This document shows, piece after piece, positions 19,278 through 28,817 of a stretch of DNA of 64,000 nt. The notes under the pieces were generated by a model. It was not told where the DNA came from, did not search any database, and saw nothing but the letters and a program-made list of their open reading frames with translations. Source of the stretch: Chloroflexota bacterium (lineage in GTDB: Bacteria; Chloroflexota; Dehalococcoidia; UBA2979); the NCBI GenBank assembly GCA_009840945.1, contig VXMU01000114.1, forward strand, positions 5,718 through 69,717, read 5' to 3'. Position 1 is the first letter of the stretch, and each line of letters begins with the position of its first letter. The position numbers and the translations under genes are program-made.

Positions 19278-19907
19278 CTACTCGACCGCCGGCGGCAGCG
19301 TTTCCCAGCCCGGCGCGAGCGTCGGGATGCCCCACTCCGGGAGCGGGCGCCATCTGCGCCAGCGGTCGTCGATAGCCGGGCGGTCGCCGCGCCGCACCCA
19401 CGCGACGGCCCGCTCGCCCTCGGCGCGGACCTCGGCGGCCTCCTCGGCGGTCATGCTGCCGTAGGCCACGGCCTGGTCGAGCTCGTCCTCGTCCTTCCAG
19501 CGCGGCTCGCCCAGGTCGGGCGGGAAGACGATGTCGAGGTGCTGGTCACGCGAGTCGATGCCGATCGCGGTGCGCGCGAACGGCGCCTCCAGGTTGATGT
19601 ACCAGCGCGACACGTCGCCGTCCCCGAGGAACACGAGGACGGAGTGAGCGGCGCCCGCGATGTAGACGCGGACCATGCCGGGGCCGTACCAGGCGTCGTC
19701 GCGGAAGCTCCACTCGCCGTGCGGCAGCCGGATGTCGTTGCCCTCGAGGTCCGTCGGGCGCTTCCAGACCCCGCCGGTCGGGATGCACACCGCGAGCACG
19801 TCGCCCCGGTCCTCGACGACGACGAAGGGCCACGCGGCGAACGGTCGGCCGAACCAGATGCTGCGACCGGTGATGTGGTCGCCCGGACGCCAGCGTTCGG
19901 CGCTCAC
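19278..19907 (-). CDS. DUF402 family protein (FomD/Ntdp-like nucleotide hydrolase fold), paralog 1
   Basis: YINLEAPF...LDIVFPPD...WKDEDELD pattern; 209 aa. Confidence 0.65.
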   Translation of the reverse strand: MSAERWRPGDHITGRSIWFGRPFAAWPFVVVEDRGDVLAVCIPTGGVWKRPTDLEGNDIRLPHGEWSFRDDAWYGPGMVRVYIAGAAHSVLVFLGDGDVSRWYINLEAPFARTAIGIDSRDQHLDIVFPPDLGEPRWKDEDELDQAVAYGSMTAEEAAEVRAEGERAVAWVRRGDRPAIDDRWRRWRPLPEWGIPTLAPGWETLPPAVE

Positions 19908-20050
19908 GATGTGAGCCAGCGTCGCGTCACGGGTGGGCCTCGAGAGCCGGGGGTGCCTCGGGTGCTTCGGTCATGCTTTGAGATCCTGCTCGCCTCCGCC
20001 GTCCATCGTCGCTGCGCTGAGGCTCCCGAACCAGCCTCGGTCGCCGCTCG

Positions 20051-20677
20051 CTAGATCGCGGGGGGTAGGGTCTCCCAGCCGGGCGCGAGGACGGGCAGGT
20101 CCCATTCCTCGGGCACCTGCCACGTGCGCCAGCGGTCGTCGAAGGCCGGGTGGTCGCCGCGGCGGATCCACTCGACGGCGCGCTCGCCCTCGGCGTGGAC
20201 CTCGGCGGCCTCCTCGGCGGTCATGCTGCCGAACGCGACCGCCTCCTCCACCTCGTCTTCGTCCTTCCAGCGCACCCTGCCGAGGTCGGCCGAGAGGATG
20301 ATGTCGAGGTGCTGGTCGCGCAGGTCGAGGCCGATGGCGTTGCGGCGGAACGGCGTCTCCATGTTCACGTACCACCCGCCCACGTCGCCGTCGCCGAGGA
20401 AGATGAGCACCGAGTGCGCCACGTCCCGCATCCACACGCGCACCATCCCGCGCCCTCGCCAGACGTCGTCCCTCAGCCGCCACTCGACGTGCGGCAGCCG
20501 GATGTCGTTGCCATCGAGGTCGACGGGGCGTTTCCAGACGGTGCCGGGCGGCGTGCAGGCCGTGATCACGTCGCCGGCGTCCTCGATCACGACGAAGCAC
20601 GAGGCCGCGAAGATGCGGCCGCCCCAGATGCTGCGCGCGGTGATGTGCGTGCCGGGAGCCCAACGGTCGGCGGTCAT
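20051..20677 (-). CDS. DUF402 family protein, paralog 2
   Basis: About 65% identical to 19278..19907 across its full length; start chosen at MTADRW (rc ATG 20675-20677). Confidence 0.65.
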   Translation of the reverse strand: MTADRWAPGTHITARSIWGGRIFAASCFVVIEDAGDVITACTPPGTVWKRPVDLDGNDIRLPHVEWRLRDDVWRGRGMVRVWMRDVAHSVLIFLGDGDVGGWYVNMETPFRRNAIGLDLRDQHLDIILSADLGRVRWKDEDEVEEAVAFGSMTAEEAAEVHAEGERAVEWIRRGDHPAFDDRWRTWQVPEEWDLPVLAPGWETLPPAI

Positions 20678-20864
20678 GGCGGCGAGGGTAGCGGCTGCGC
20701 GACGCGAGCGCGCGGTGAGAGCGACACCCAGGGTCCATGGATGGCACATCCGCGCGGAGAATCCGCCCCGATCCGCCTCGCTCCGCTGTCCCCCACGCCC
20801 CCCGTCGGCTATGCTGCGCCGCGAGCGCCGGACGCCGTCCGGCCGCGACAGGCGAGGGGGTACC

Positions 20865-21419
20865 GTGGCCTACGGCATGGGCATCGCCAAGGGCATGCTC
20901 GTCACCTTCAAGCACATCTTCCGCCAACCCATCACCGTCTCCTACCCGGAGGAGGAGCGCGACGTGCCCGTGCGCGCCCGCACCAACCTCCTGTGGTTCG
21001 AGGAGCGCTGCACCGGATGCTCCACCTGCGCGCAGGCCTGCCCGGACGGCTGTATCCTCGTCCAGACCTCGCCGCGCGAGGACGGCACCCTCAACGTCGA
21101 CCGCTACGAGATCGACTTCCGCATCTGCATGTACTGCGGCCTCTGCACCGAGGCCTGCCCCTACCAGGCCATCCAGGCCGGCGGCCGCTACGACGACGCC
21201 GTCTACGTCTTCGAGGACATGTACCGCGACCGTGATGCGCTGAGCCGCGAGTCGCAGGCGTACCTCGAACGCACCGGCGGCGTGTACCCCAACGGCCAGC
21301 AGCAGGACGAGATCCCGCTCCGCACGGCCATGCCGACCGCGCGCGGCCGCTTCCCCGTGGCCGGCAGCGAGGGCTCGTTCGGCCCGCAGCACCTGCCCGG
21401 CAAGCTCGACCGCGACTAG
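20865..21419 (+). CDS. nuoI: NADH-quinone oxidoreductase subunit I (2x[4Fe-4S])
   Basis: CTGCSTCAQACP and CMYCGLCTEACP clusters; the MGIAKGMLVTFKHIF...PITVSYPEE N-terminus is characteristic of NuoI. Confidence 0.85.
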   Translation: MAYGMGIAKGMLVTFKHIFRQPITVSYPEEERDVPVRARTNLLWFEERCTGCSTCAQACPDGCILVQTSPREDGTLNVDRYEIDFRICMYCGLCTEACPYQAIQAGGRYDDAVYVFEDMYRDRDALSRESQAYLERTGGVYPNGQQQDEIPLRTAMPTARGRFPVAGSEGSFGPQHLPGKLDRD

Positions 21420-21440
21420 CGGCAGGAGAGGTTCCACTCC

Positions 21441-24029
21441 GTGGCGACCATCACGCTCAACGGCGCCGAGATCGAGGTCGAGGCGGGCCGTCCACTCGTC
21501 GAGGTGATCAAGGAGCAGGGCGTTCGCATCACGAACCTCTGCTACATCGACGGCCTCGAGCCGTACGCCGGCTGCCGCACCTGCATCGTCGAGATCGAGG
21601 GCGGGCGGCCGACGCCGCTGCAGCTCTCGTGCACCGCCGTCGCGAGCGATGGCATGGTCGTCAACACCGAGAAGCCCGAAGTGAAGCGCGCGCGCCAGCA
21701 GGTGATGTCGCTGATCATGGCGAACCACCCGGACCGCTGCCTCACCTGCCACCGCCGCGTCCACTGCCAGCCGGGCGAGATCTGCCTGCGCGACGACGTG
21801 GTCACGCACCGCTGCCTGACGTGCAGCAAGAACTACCGCTGCGAGCTCCAGACCTCGACCGAGCTGATCGACATGGGTGAGTTCGAGGAGCCGTGGGTCG
21901 GCGAGGAGCGCTCGTACTACGAGACGCCGCCACCCGACCCGGACCGTGCGAACCCGTTCCTGGAGTTCGACCCGCAGATGTGCATCATCTGCACCCGCTG
22001 CGTCCGCGCCTGCGCCGACCTGCGCCACACCGGCGCGATCAGCCTCTCCGGCAAGGGCTCGTCGACGATGATCGCCTTCGGCACCGGCGGCGCCATCCAC
22101 GAGTCCAACTGCGACTTCTGCGGCTCCTGCATCGACGTCTGCCCGACGGCCACGCTGATGGAGAAGCCCAACAAGTGGGTCGCGCTCGCCGAGGAGTGGA
22201 CGAACTCGGCCTGCAACTGGTGCTCCGTCGGCTGCACCATCTCCTACGGCACGCGCGACGGCCGCCCGGTCATCGTCCGGCCCGACCGCCTCAACCCGAC
22301 GAGCCGCGACCAGATCTGCGTCCGTGGCCGCTTCCACTACGACTCCGTCACCGACGGCCAGCGGCTCAGCCGCTCGCTCGCCCGCCGCGGCGACCGCCTG
22401 CTCCCCGTCACGCCCGAGGAGGCGCTGAGCGACGCCGCGACCGCCCTCGCGTCGGTCCAGGCGGAGCACGGCGCGGACGCCGTCGCCGTGCTCGGCTCGC
22501 CGCTCGCAACGAACGAGGAAGCCGCGCTGCTCACCCGCCTCGCGCGCGAAGTCATCGGCACGCCGCACCTCGACCACGTCGGCGGACCCGTCCACCGCGC
22601 CGTCGCGTCGGCGTTCGCGGATGCGCTCGGCTCCGACCGCCTGACCTCGACCTACGCCGACATCGAGCACGCCGACACCATCGTCGTGGTCGGCGGGGAC
22701 ATCGAGGAGTCGCACCAGGTCATCTCGCTGCGCGTGAAGGACGCCGTGGTGAAGCGCGGCGCGAAGCTCGTGCTTATCTCGTCTCGCTGGGGCGAGCTCG
22801 TGGACTTCGCCGAGGTCTGGCTGCAGCCCTCGCCGGGCCACGAGGCCGCCACCGTGCAGCAACTCGCGCACGCCCTCGACGCCGCGGCCGGCGACGCCGG
22901 CACGCCCGCGGGCGTCGACGCCGACCGCCTCGCGCAGGCGCGCGACCTCGTCGCCGGGCGCAAGCCCGAGCCGCCGTCGGACGATAACGGTGCGAGCGAG
23001 GAGCGCCCGGGCTTCGCCGTGGTGTTCGCACCCGACCCGTTCGCCGCCGGGCCCGCCGCCGAGCAGGCGCGCGCGAGCGCGAACCTCGCCATCGCTGCCC
23101 TCGGTGACCGCGCGTCAATGGGGCTGCACTACCTGCCGACCGACGCCAACACGCTCGGCCTCGCCGACATGGGCCTCGAGCCCGGCGACGGCGGCCGCTC
23201 GTTCACCGGCATCATCGAGGGCGCCCGTGACGGCTCGATCCGCGCGCTGCTCGTCCACGACGACAACCCGCTGCTCAGCTCGACCGGGACCGCCGACGTG
23301 CGCGCCGCCCTTGAGGCGGTCGACGCGCTCGTCGTGATTGACTCACTGCGCTCGACGGCGGCGGAGCACGCGAACGTCGTGCTGGCCGAGCTGCCCTTCT
23401 TCGCGAAGAACGGCACGACCACCTCGGGCGACCGCCGCATCAACCGCCAGCGCCCGGCCGCCGAGCCGCGGCGCGACGAGCGCGATGGCGTCGCCATCCT
23501 CACTGCGCTCGCCAACGCGCTCGGCGGAGACTTCGCCCACGAGAGCGCCGCCCAGGTCATGACCGAAGTAGCGGAGCGCGCCGAGGGCTACACGCCCTAC
23601 GAGGGCCTGCTCCCGTCGCGCACGCGCGCGCTGGGCGAGATGGCGCCGGGCCGCACGCAGTACCAGCCAGTCGCGACGCCCGAGGCCACCGGAGACGGCC
23701 TGCGGCTCATCACGGGGCGCTCGCTCTACACCTCGTGGGAGGCCTCCTCTATCCACTCGGAGGACGCCGACAAGCTGCACCGCGAGGAGTCGGCGCTCAT
23801 CAACCCGCGCGACGCCGAGCCGCTCGGCGTCCGCATGGGCGACGACCTCGTGCTCGCTGCCGGCGACGCCGAGGTGCGCATTACGGCGCAGCTCGACGAC
23901 GGCGTCGCGCCGGGCACGGTGTACGTGCCGGCCTGGTACGACGGCGGTGCGGTAATGGCGCTGTTCCCCCTCGGCGGCACCGCCGACGGCACGGCCCCCG
24001 TGCAGGTCCGCGCGCTCCAGCCGGCGTAG
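21441..24029 (+). CDS. nuoG: NADH-quinone oxidoreductase subunit G-like / molybdopterin oxidoreductase family protein
   Basis: N-terminal 2Fe-2S ferredoxin domain (CRTC...C), two 4Fe-4S motifs, CNWCSVGC molybdopterin-domain cluster; 862 aa. Confidence 0.8.
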   Translation: MATITLNGAEIEVEAGRPLVEVIKEQGVRITNLCYIDGLEPYAGCRTCIVEIEGGRPTPLQLSCTAVASDGMVVNTEKPEVKRARQQVMSLIMANHPDRCLTCHRRVHCQPGEICLRDDVVTHRCLTCSKNYRCELQTSTELIDMGEFEEPWVGEERSYYETPPPDPDRANPFLEFDPQMCIICTRCVRACADLRHTGAISLSGKGSSTMIAFGTGGAIHESNCDFCGSCIDVCPTATLMEKPNKWVALAEEWTNSACNWCSVGCTISYGTRDGRPVIVRPDRLNPTSRDQICVRGRFHYDSVTDGQRLSRSLARRGDRLLPVTPEEALSDAATALASVQAEHGADAVAVLGSPLATNEEAALLTRLAREVIGTPHLDHVGGPVHRAVASAFADALGSDRLTSTYADIEHADTIVVVGGDIEESHQVISLRVKDAVVKRGAKLVLISSRWGELVDFAEVWLQPSPGHEAATVQQLAHALDAAAGDAGTPAGVDADRLAQARDLVAGRKPEPPSDDNGASEERPGFAVVFAPDPFAAGPAAEQARASANLAIAALGDRASMGLHYLPTDANTLGLADMGLEPGDGGRSFTGIIEGARDGSIRALLVHDDNPLLSSTGTADVRAALEAVDALVVIDSLRSTAAEHANVVLAELPFFAKNGTTTSGDRRINRQRPAAEPRRDERDGVAILTALANALGGDFAHESAAQVMTEVAERAEGYTPYEGLLPSRTRALGEMAPGRTQYQPVATPEATGDGLRLITGRSLYTSWEASSIHSEDADKLHREESALINPRDAEPLGVRMGDDLVLAAGDAEVRITAQLDDGVAPGTVYVPAWYDGGAVMALFPLGGTADGTAPVQVRALQPA

Positions 24030-24060
24030 ACGGAGCCGGCGGGACGGCGGCCGGACGGCC

Positions 24061-24456
24061 GTGACCCTCGAAGCCGAACCCGGCCCGGACGCAGCCCCCG
24101 CCTCGCGCGGCCTCATCCTGCTCACCGCGCAGCGCGACGGCGACCTCGCGGGCGAGTGGCTCGACGCGCTCCTCGACGCGGACATCGACGCCGAGCTGCA
24201 CATCGAGGACGCCGCGCGGTTCAACCTGACCTCGTCGGCGTACCCGGTGGGCGTGCCGTTCGTCTACGCGCTGTTCGTCCCTCGCGCGTACCGTGACCGC
24301 GCCGCGGACGTGCTCATCGACCACGGGTGGGACGGTCGCGGCGCGCCGCGCAGCAGCACGATGCGCACCTCCGGCCGGCACCTCCGCAACGTGCTGCTCG
24401 TGGCCGCGTTGAGCCTGGCCCTCGTCGCCGTGCTGATCCTCGTGAGGGGTGCCTAG
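24061..24456 (+). CDS. hypothetical protein with C-terminal TM helix (possibly DUF2007-like)
   Basis: GTG-start ORF, 131 aa, hydrophobic C-terminus LLVAALSLALVAVLILV. Confidence 0.4.
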   Translation: MTLEAEPGPDAAPASRGLILLTAQRDGDLAGEWLDALLDADIDAELHIEDAARFNLTSSAYPVGVPFVYALFVPRAYRDRAADVLIDHGWDGRGAPRSSTMRTSGRHLRNVLLVAALSLALVAVLILVRGA

Positions 24457-24473
24457 CGCCCGAGCGGCGACGC

Positions 24474-25121
24474 TCAGCGTGCGAGCAGCAACTCGACGAC
24501 CCCGTCGCGGTCCGAGAGGTTCGGCAGCAGCGCGTCCGGCTCGTGGCGTGCGAGGTCGTCGAGGCTGGTCCAGCCGGTGGCCACCGCGAGGACGTACGCG
24601 CCGATGGCCTTGCCGCCCGTGATGTCGTGCTCCGTGTCGCCGATGACCACGAGGCGGTCCCCCTCGCTCCACCCGATCTCGCGCGCGCCGTCGCGCAGCA
24701 TGCCGACGCGGTCGAGGTGGTCGTCGCCGAAGCCCCCGCCCGTGAAGTAGCCGTCGAGGCCGACCGAGGCGAGCTTCAGGAACGCCGCCCGCCGGAGATT
24801 GCCCGTCCCGATGCCGAGCACCACGTCGTCGCGAGCGTCGAGCGCCTCGAGGAGCGCCGGGACGCCGGGCAAGGCGCGCGGCTCTCGCTCGGCGAGCTCC
24901 TGCTCGACGATCTGGTAGTAGCGCGGCAGGAACGTCGCCGGGTCGACCGTGGCGCCGGTGCGGCGCGCGACCTCATCGAGGATCCAGCGGTCGGTGCGAC
25001 CCTGGAAGACGACGCCATCCATCGCGCCGCTGACGCCGGTGGCCTCCTCGTACGCGCGGTTGAGCGCGCCGCGGCCCGCCCCGTCGGAGTCGAGGAGCGT
25101 GCCGTCGATGTCGAACAGCAG
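24474..25121 (-). CDS. HAD-family hydrolase (phosphatase), start codon unresolved
   Basis: LLFDIDGTLLDS motif I, DVVLGIGTGN motif II, and VVIGDTEHD motif III/IV region; no ATG/GTG/TTG between the upstream rhodanese stop and motif I (only CTG codons at 25116-25121). Confidence 0.6.
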   Translation of the reverse strand: MLFDIDGTLLDSDGAGRGALNRAYEEATGVSGAMDGVVFQGRTDRWILDEVARRTGATVDPATFLPRYYQIVEQELAEREPRALPGVPALLEALDARDDVVLGIGTGNLRRAAFLKLASVGLDGYFTGGGFGDDHLDRVGMLRDGAREIGWSEGDRLVVIGDTEHDITGGKAIGAYVLAVATGWTSLDDLARHEPDALLPNLSDRDGVVELLLAR

Positions 25122-25134
25122 GTAGGCGGGCGCG

Positions 25135-25470
25135 CTACGTCTCCATCGGGTAGCCGGCCTCGGCCCAGTCGTCGTGGCCGCCCTCGACGTTGTAGAGGTC
25201 GGTCAGGCCCATGGTGGCGGCGAACTCGGCCGCGACGGCCGAGCGCTGGCCGGACTTGCAGATGAAGAGGACCGGGCGGTCCGTCGCGAGGTCACCCGCG
25301 CGCACCAGGGTCGCCATGTGCGGGATGTTGATCGAGCCGGGGACGTGCCCGTCGGCGTGCTCGTGCATCTCGCGCGAGTCGATGATCTGGACGTCGCCGT
25401 TGTCGATCATCTCCTTCGCCTCATGCACGTCGATGCGCGTGAAGGGCTCCATCTCGTTCTTGACCGCCAT
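25135..25470 (-). CDS. rhodanese-like single-domain sulfurtransferase
   Basis: Active-site loop FICKSGQRS; 111 aa from MAVKNEM. Confidence 0.8.
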   Translation of the reverse strand: MAVKNEMEPFTRIDVHEAKEMIDNGDVQIIDSREMHEHADGHVPGSINIPHMATLVRAGDLATDRPVLFICKSGQRSAVAAEFAATMGLTDLYNVEGGHDDWAEAGYPMET

Positions 25471-25526
25471 CGGACTATCCTCTCGACGACGGGCTCCCGA
25501 TGAGAGTCGCGGGAGCCCCGGGGCGG

Positions 25527-26198
25527 ATGCTGCGAGGTCGCCGGGTGAGTGTAACAAAGCCCGCCGCTGTCTCCCCTCCCGAGCGCCTCGCGCTCGGCAT
25601 CGACCTGCGCAGTGGGCCGCGCTACCCGACCGGCGTCGCCGTGCTCGGCCTCGACCGGCGGCTGCGGCTCCTCGAGACGGTGCGCACGGACGAGCAGATC
25701 GAGGAGGTCGTCGAGCGCTTCACCCCCGCCGTCGTGGGCATCGACGCGCCGCTCGCGCTGCCTGAGGGGCGGTGCTGCGCCGACCCGGCCTGCGAGTGCG
25801 CGCGCCACGGCATCATGCGCGAGGTGGACCGGCTATGCGCGGCCACGGGTTACCGCCCGTACCCGACGCTCATCCCCTCGATGGTCGGGCTCACGCTGCG
25901 CGGCATCGCCCTCGGCGAGCGGCTGCGCGACCACGGCTTCGAGGTCGTCGAGGTGTACCCGGGGATGGCGCAGGACATCCTCGGCATCCCGCGCAAGCGT
26001 GACCGCGACGGGCTGCGGCGCGGGCTGCGCCGCGTGGGCGTGCGCGGCATCCCGCGCAGGCGCCGCCCCACCCACGACGAGCTCGACGCCGCCACGGCAG
26101 CGCTCGTGGGCGTCCTGCACCTCGAGGGGCGGACGCAGGCCATCAACCCCGGCGAGGTCAGCCCCCTCGTCGCACCCCGAGATGGGCTCGGCCCCTAA
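25527..26198 (+). CDS. DUF429 domain protein (predicted RNase H-like nuclease)
   Basis: LGIDLRSGP...TGVAVL...VVGIDAPLALPEG N-terminal pattern of DUF429. Confidence 0.6.
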   Translation: MLRGRRVSVTKPAAVSPPERLALGIDLRSGPRYPTGVAVLGLDRRLRLLETVRTDEQIEEVVERFTPAVVGIDAPLALPEGRCCADPACECARHGIMREVDRLCAATGYRPYPTLIPSMVGLTLRGIALGERLRDHGFEVVEVYPGMAQDILGIPRKRDRDGLRRGLRRVGVRGIPRRRRPTHDELDAATAALVGVLHLEGRTQAINPGEVSPLVAPRDGLGP

Positions 26199-26205
26199 CG
26201 ATGGT

Positions 26206-26370
26206 CTGAGCGCGTTGAGAGATCGGGAGCCGGACCCCCTCACCCCAACCCTCTCCCCAGGGAGAGGGGGCCGGATTTCTGATCCCCTCTCCCCCCACGT
26301 GGGGGGCGAGGGTGAGGGGGTCCGCGGGGTGCGAACGGCCATCGAGGAGGCTTTGGACCCTCCGGACCTG
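26206..26370. repeat. modular palindromic intergenic repeat, copy B
   Basis: The same modules as copy A in different order, plus the extra hairpin cccctctccccccacgtggggggcgagggtgagggg. Confidence 0.75.
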
Positions 26371-26440
26371 GGTCACTTCCGCGAACCGGAGACTGCCCAC
26401 TTCACCCGATAGGGCCGTCCCGCGCGCTACAATCTCGACC

Positions 26441-27436
26441 GTGTCGACACCGGATTCAGACCGCCTCCCCAGGGTCTTCGTCACGCGCACGCTGCCCGGC
26501 CGCGCGCCCCTCGAACGCCTCGAGACAGCGACCGCCCCCGACGTGTGGGAGCTCGAGCGGCCCCCGACGTACGAGGAGGTCACGGAGCGCTCGGCCGGCT
26601 GCGTCGGGCTGCTGACGATGCTCACCGAGCGCGTGGACGCGGCGCTCCTCGACTGCCGGCCCGGGGTGCGTGTGGTAGCGAACATGGCCGTCGGCTACGA
26701 CAACGTCGACGTGGCGGCGGCGACCGAGCGCGGGGTGCTGGTCACCAACACGCCCGGCGTCCTCACGGAAACCACGGCCGACCTCGCGTTCGCACTCCTG
26801 CTCGGCGCGGCCCGGCGCATCAACGAGAGCGAGCGAGCGGTCCGCGAGGGCGCGTGGGGCCCGTGGCACCCGACGTGGATGCTCGGCAGCGCGGTCCACG
26901 GCGCGACGCTCGGCATCGTCGGGCCGGGGCGCATCGGGGCCGCCGTGGCGCAGCGCGCGCAAGGCTTCGGGATGCGCGTGCTCTACCACGGCCGCCGCCG
27001 CGCGCGCGGCTTCCCGGGTGAGAGCGTGGACTTCCGCACGCTCCTCGCCGCCTCCGACTTCGTCTCGGTGCATGTCCCGCTCAACGAGGAGACCGAGGGG
27101 ATGTTCGGCGCGGACGCGTTCGCGCGGATGCAGCCGCACGCGATCTTCGTGAACACCTCGCGCGGCGGCGTGGTGGACCAGGCCGCGCTACGCGACGCCC
27201 TCGTACGCGGGGAGATCGGCGGCGCGGCGCTCGACGTGACCACGCCCGAGCCGCTGCCGCCCGACGATGCGCTGCTCGACGCGCCGAACCTGCTCGTCAC
27301 CCCGCACATCGGCAGCGCCACCGGCCCGACGCGCGAGCGCATGGCGGAGCTGGCCGTCGATGGGCTGCTGGCGGCGCTGGCCGGCGAGCGGCCGGATCAC
27401 CTCGTGAACCCCGAGGCCTGGGAGCGACGGCGATGA
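26441..27436 (+). CDS. D-isomer-specific 2-hydroxyacid dehydrogenase (glyoxylate/hydroxypyruvate reductase-like)
   Basis: NAD-binding GIVGPGRIGAAVA and catalytic TPHIGSAT motifs; GTG start. Confidence 0.85.
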   Translation: MSTPDSDRLPRVFVTRTLPGRAPLERLETATAPDVWELERPPTYEEVTERSAGCVGLLTMLTERVDAALLDCRPGVRVVANMAVGYDNVDVAAATERGVLVTNTPGVLTETTADLAFALLLGAARRINESERAVREGAWGPWHPTWMLGSAVHGATLGIVGPGRIGAAVAQRAQGFGMRVLYHGRRRARGFPGESVDFRTLLAASDFVSVHVPLNEETEGMFGADAFARMQPHAIFVNTSRGGVVDQAALRDALVRGEIGGAALDVTTPEPLPPDDALLDAPNLLVTPHIGSATGPTRERMAELAVDGLLAALAGERPDHLVNPEAWERRR

Positions 27437-28125
27437 CGAGCGAGCACGAAGAGCACGCCCCGCACGGGCGACTCTGGATGGCCGACCTGCTGTGGCGGCT
27501 CGGCAGCGTCCAGTTCGGCGAGTTCTCGCTCGGCCGCACCGTGCGCAACTCGCCCGTCTATATCAACCCGAAGCTCGTGATCTCACGCCCCGAGGAGCTG
27601 GCGCGCGTCGTGCAGGTGATGGACGAGGAGCTGCGGCTCGCGATGGCGCTTCGCAACCCGCACGTGCGCCGCTTCGACCTGATCGCGGGGGTGCCCATCG
27701 GCGGGCTGCACATCGCCACCGCGCTCTCGCTGCAGATGCGCGTGCCGCTGGTCTACGTGCGCCCCTCGCCACCGTTCGACGAGCCGGAAGGCGCGTCGCG
27801 CGTGCAGATCGAGGGGGCGTACCGGCCTGGCCAGACCGCGCTCATCGTCGATGACCTCGCGGCGGGCGGCGGCTCGCTCGTCGACACGGCGACGCGGCTG
27901 CGCAGCGCGGGGCTGCTGGTGCGCGACGCCATGGTGCTGGTCGACCGCCAGCAGGGCGCGGCGAGCCGCCTCGAACGCCTCGGCGTGCGGCTGCACGCGT
28001 CGCTCACGCTGGAGGTGCTGCTCAACCACTTGCAGGGCGAGGGCCGCATCTCGCACGAGGACTACCGCAGCGCGATCGAGTACCTGCACCGCGAGGGCGA
28101 CCTGCGCTCGGAGTTCGACGGCTAG
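27433..28125 (+). CDS. pyrE: orotate phosphoribosyltransferase-like protein
   Basis: PRPP-binding motif ALIVDDLAAGGGSL and the N-terminal FGEFSLGRTVRNSPVYINPK hood region; ATGA overlap with the upstream gene. Confidence 0.7.
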   Translation: MTSEHEEHAPHGRLWMADLLWRLGSVQFGEFSLGRTVRNSPVYINPKLVISRPEELARVVQVMDEELRLAMALRNPHVRRFDLIAGVPIGGLHIATALSLQMRVPLVYVRPSPPFDEPEGASRVQIEGAYRPGQTALIVDDLAAGGGSLVDTATRLRSAGLLVRDAMVLVDRQQGAASRLERLGVRLHASLTLEVLLNHLQGEGRISHEDYRSAIEYLHREGDLRSEFDG

Positions 28126-28772
28126 TCGGCGTCGCCGACCGGCGCCGCGGCGTACACCACGAAGCCCTCGCCGGTGTCCTCAAACCTCGCGCCCGAGGGG
28201 TATGCGAGCACGGCGAGCGCGATGATCGCGTCGCCCGCCCCGCCCGCGACGTTCAGGACCGCAGCGATGATCGCGATGTTCGAGGCGGTGCCGCCGGCGG
28301 GCGCGATGGCGACCACAGCGAGCAGCAGCACGCCCAGCACGAGCACCGCGCCAATGCCGGCGAAGACGTACGCTCCTCGGCCGAAGTAGGAGCCCGGCGC
28401 GCACACGGAGAGGACGGGCCCGAGCCTCGTCCAGGCCTTCGCACCGAACCGCGGCCGCCCACCGAACGCGAGGAACGCCGCCGCGTGGCTCAGTTCGTGG
28501 AGCACGAGTCCGAGCACTGCGGCCGCGAGCAGTTGCGGGATCTCGATGGTGATTCCGGGGTCCGCCCCCGTCAGGGACAGGACGGCGGACGCGGCGCCCA
28601 TGGTGACGGCGATCGCGACGAGCGAGAAGACAGCCGCGACGAGCTTCTGCCGGCCTGACACATCATCGACCGTCCAGCGGCCTGTCTCGATGTACTCGGC
28701 CGGAAGGCTCGCGCCCAACTCGCACCTCGCATGCTCCGGTCCCGCGTCGCCGGTGCGCGACCATCGTCGCAC
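28122..28772 (-). CDS. DUF3267-like membrane protein with HExxH (putative zincin peptidase)
   Basis: LVLHELSHAAAFLAFGG within a polytopic membrane protein. Confidence 0.5.
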   Translation of the reverse strand: MRRWSRTGDAGPEHARCELGASLPAEYIETGRWTVDDVSGRQKLVAAVFSLVAIAVTMGAASAVLSLTGADPGITIEIPQLLAAAVLGLVLHELSHAAAFLAFGGRPRFGAKAWTRLGPVLSVCAPGSYFGRGAYVFAGIGAVLVLGVLLLAVVAIAPAGGTASNIAIIAAVLNVAGGAGDAIIALAVLAYPSGARFEDTGEGFVVYAAAPVGDAD

Positions 28773-28817
28773 GACGCGTGGAGCCCTCGGGGGCGAGGGG
28801 TGGCGGGGAGGGGTCGG

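Noticed and set aside
19971-22871. 966-aa ORF on the minus strand
   Set aside because: It is antisense to nuoI and nuoG, which have strong motif support, and it has an Arg/Gly/Ala-rich composition. This is a typical high-GC artefact.
25135-25557. Longer rhodanese start at 25557 (MLHSPGDLAAS...)
   Set aside because: The N-terminal 29 residues are low-complexity and would leave almost no room for the divergent DUF429 promoter. The conserved rhodanese fold begins near MAVKNEM (25470).
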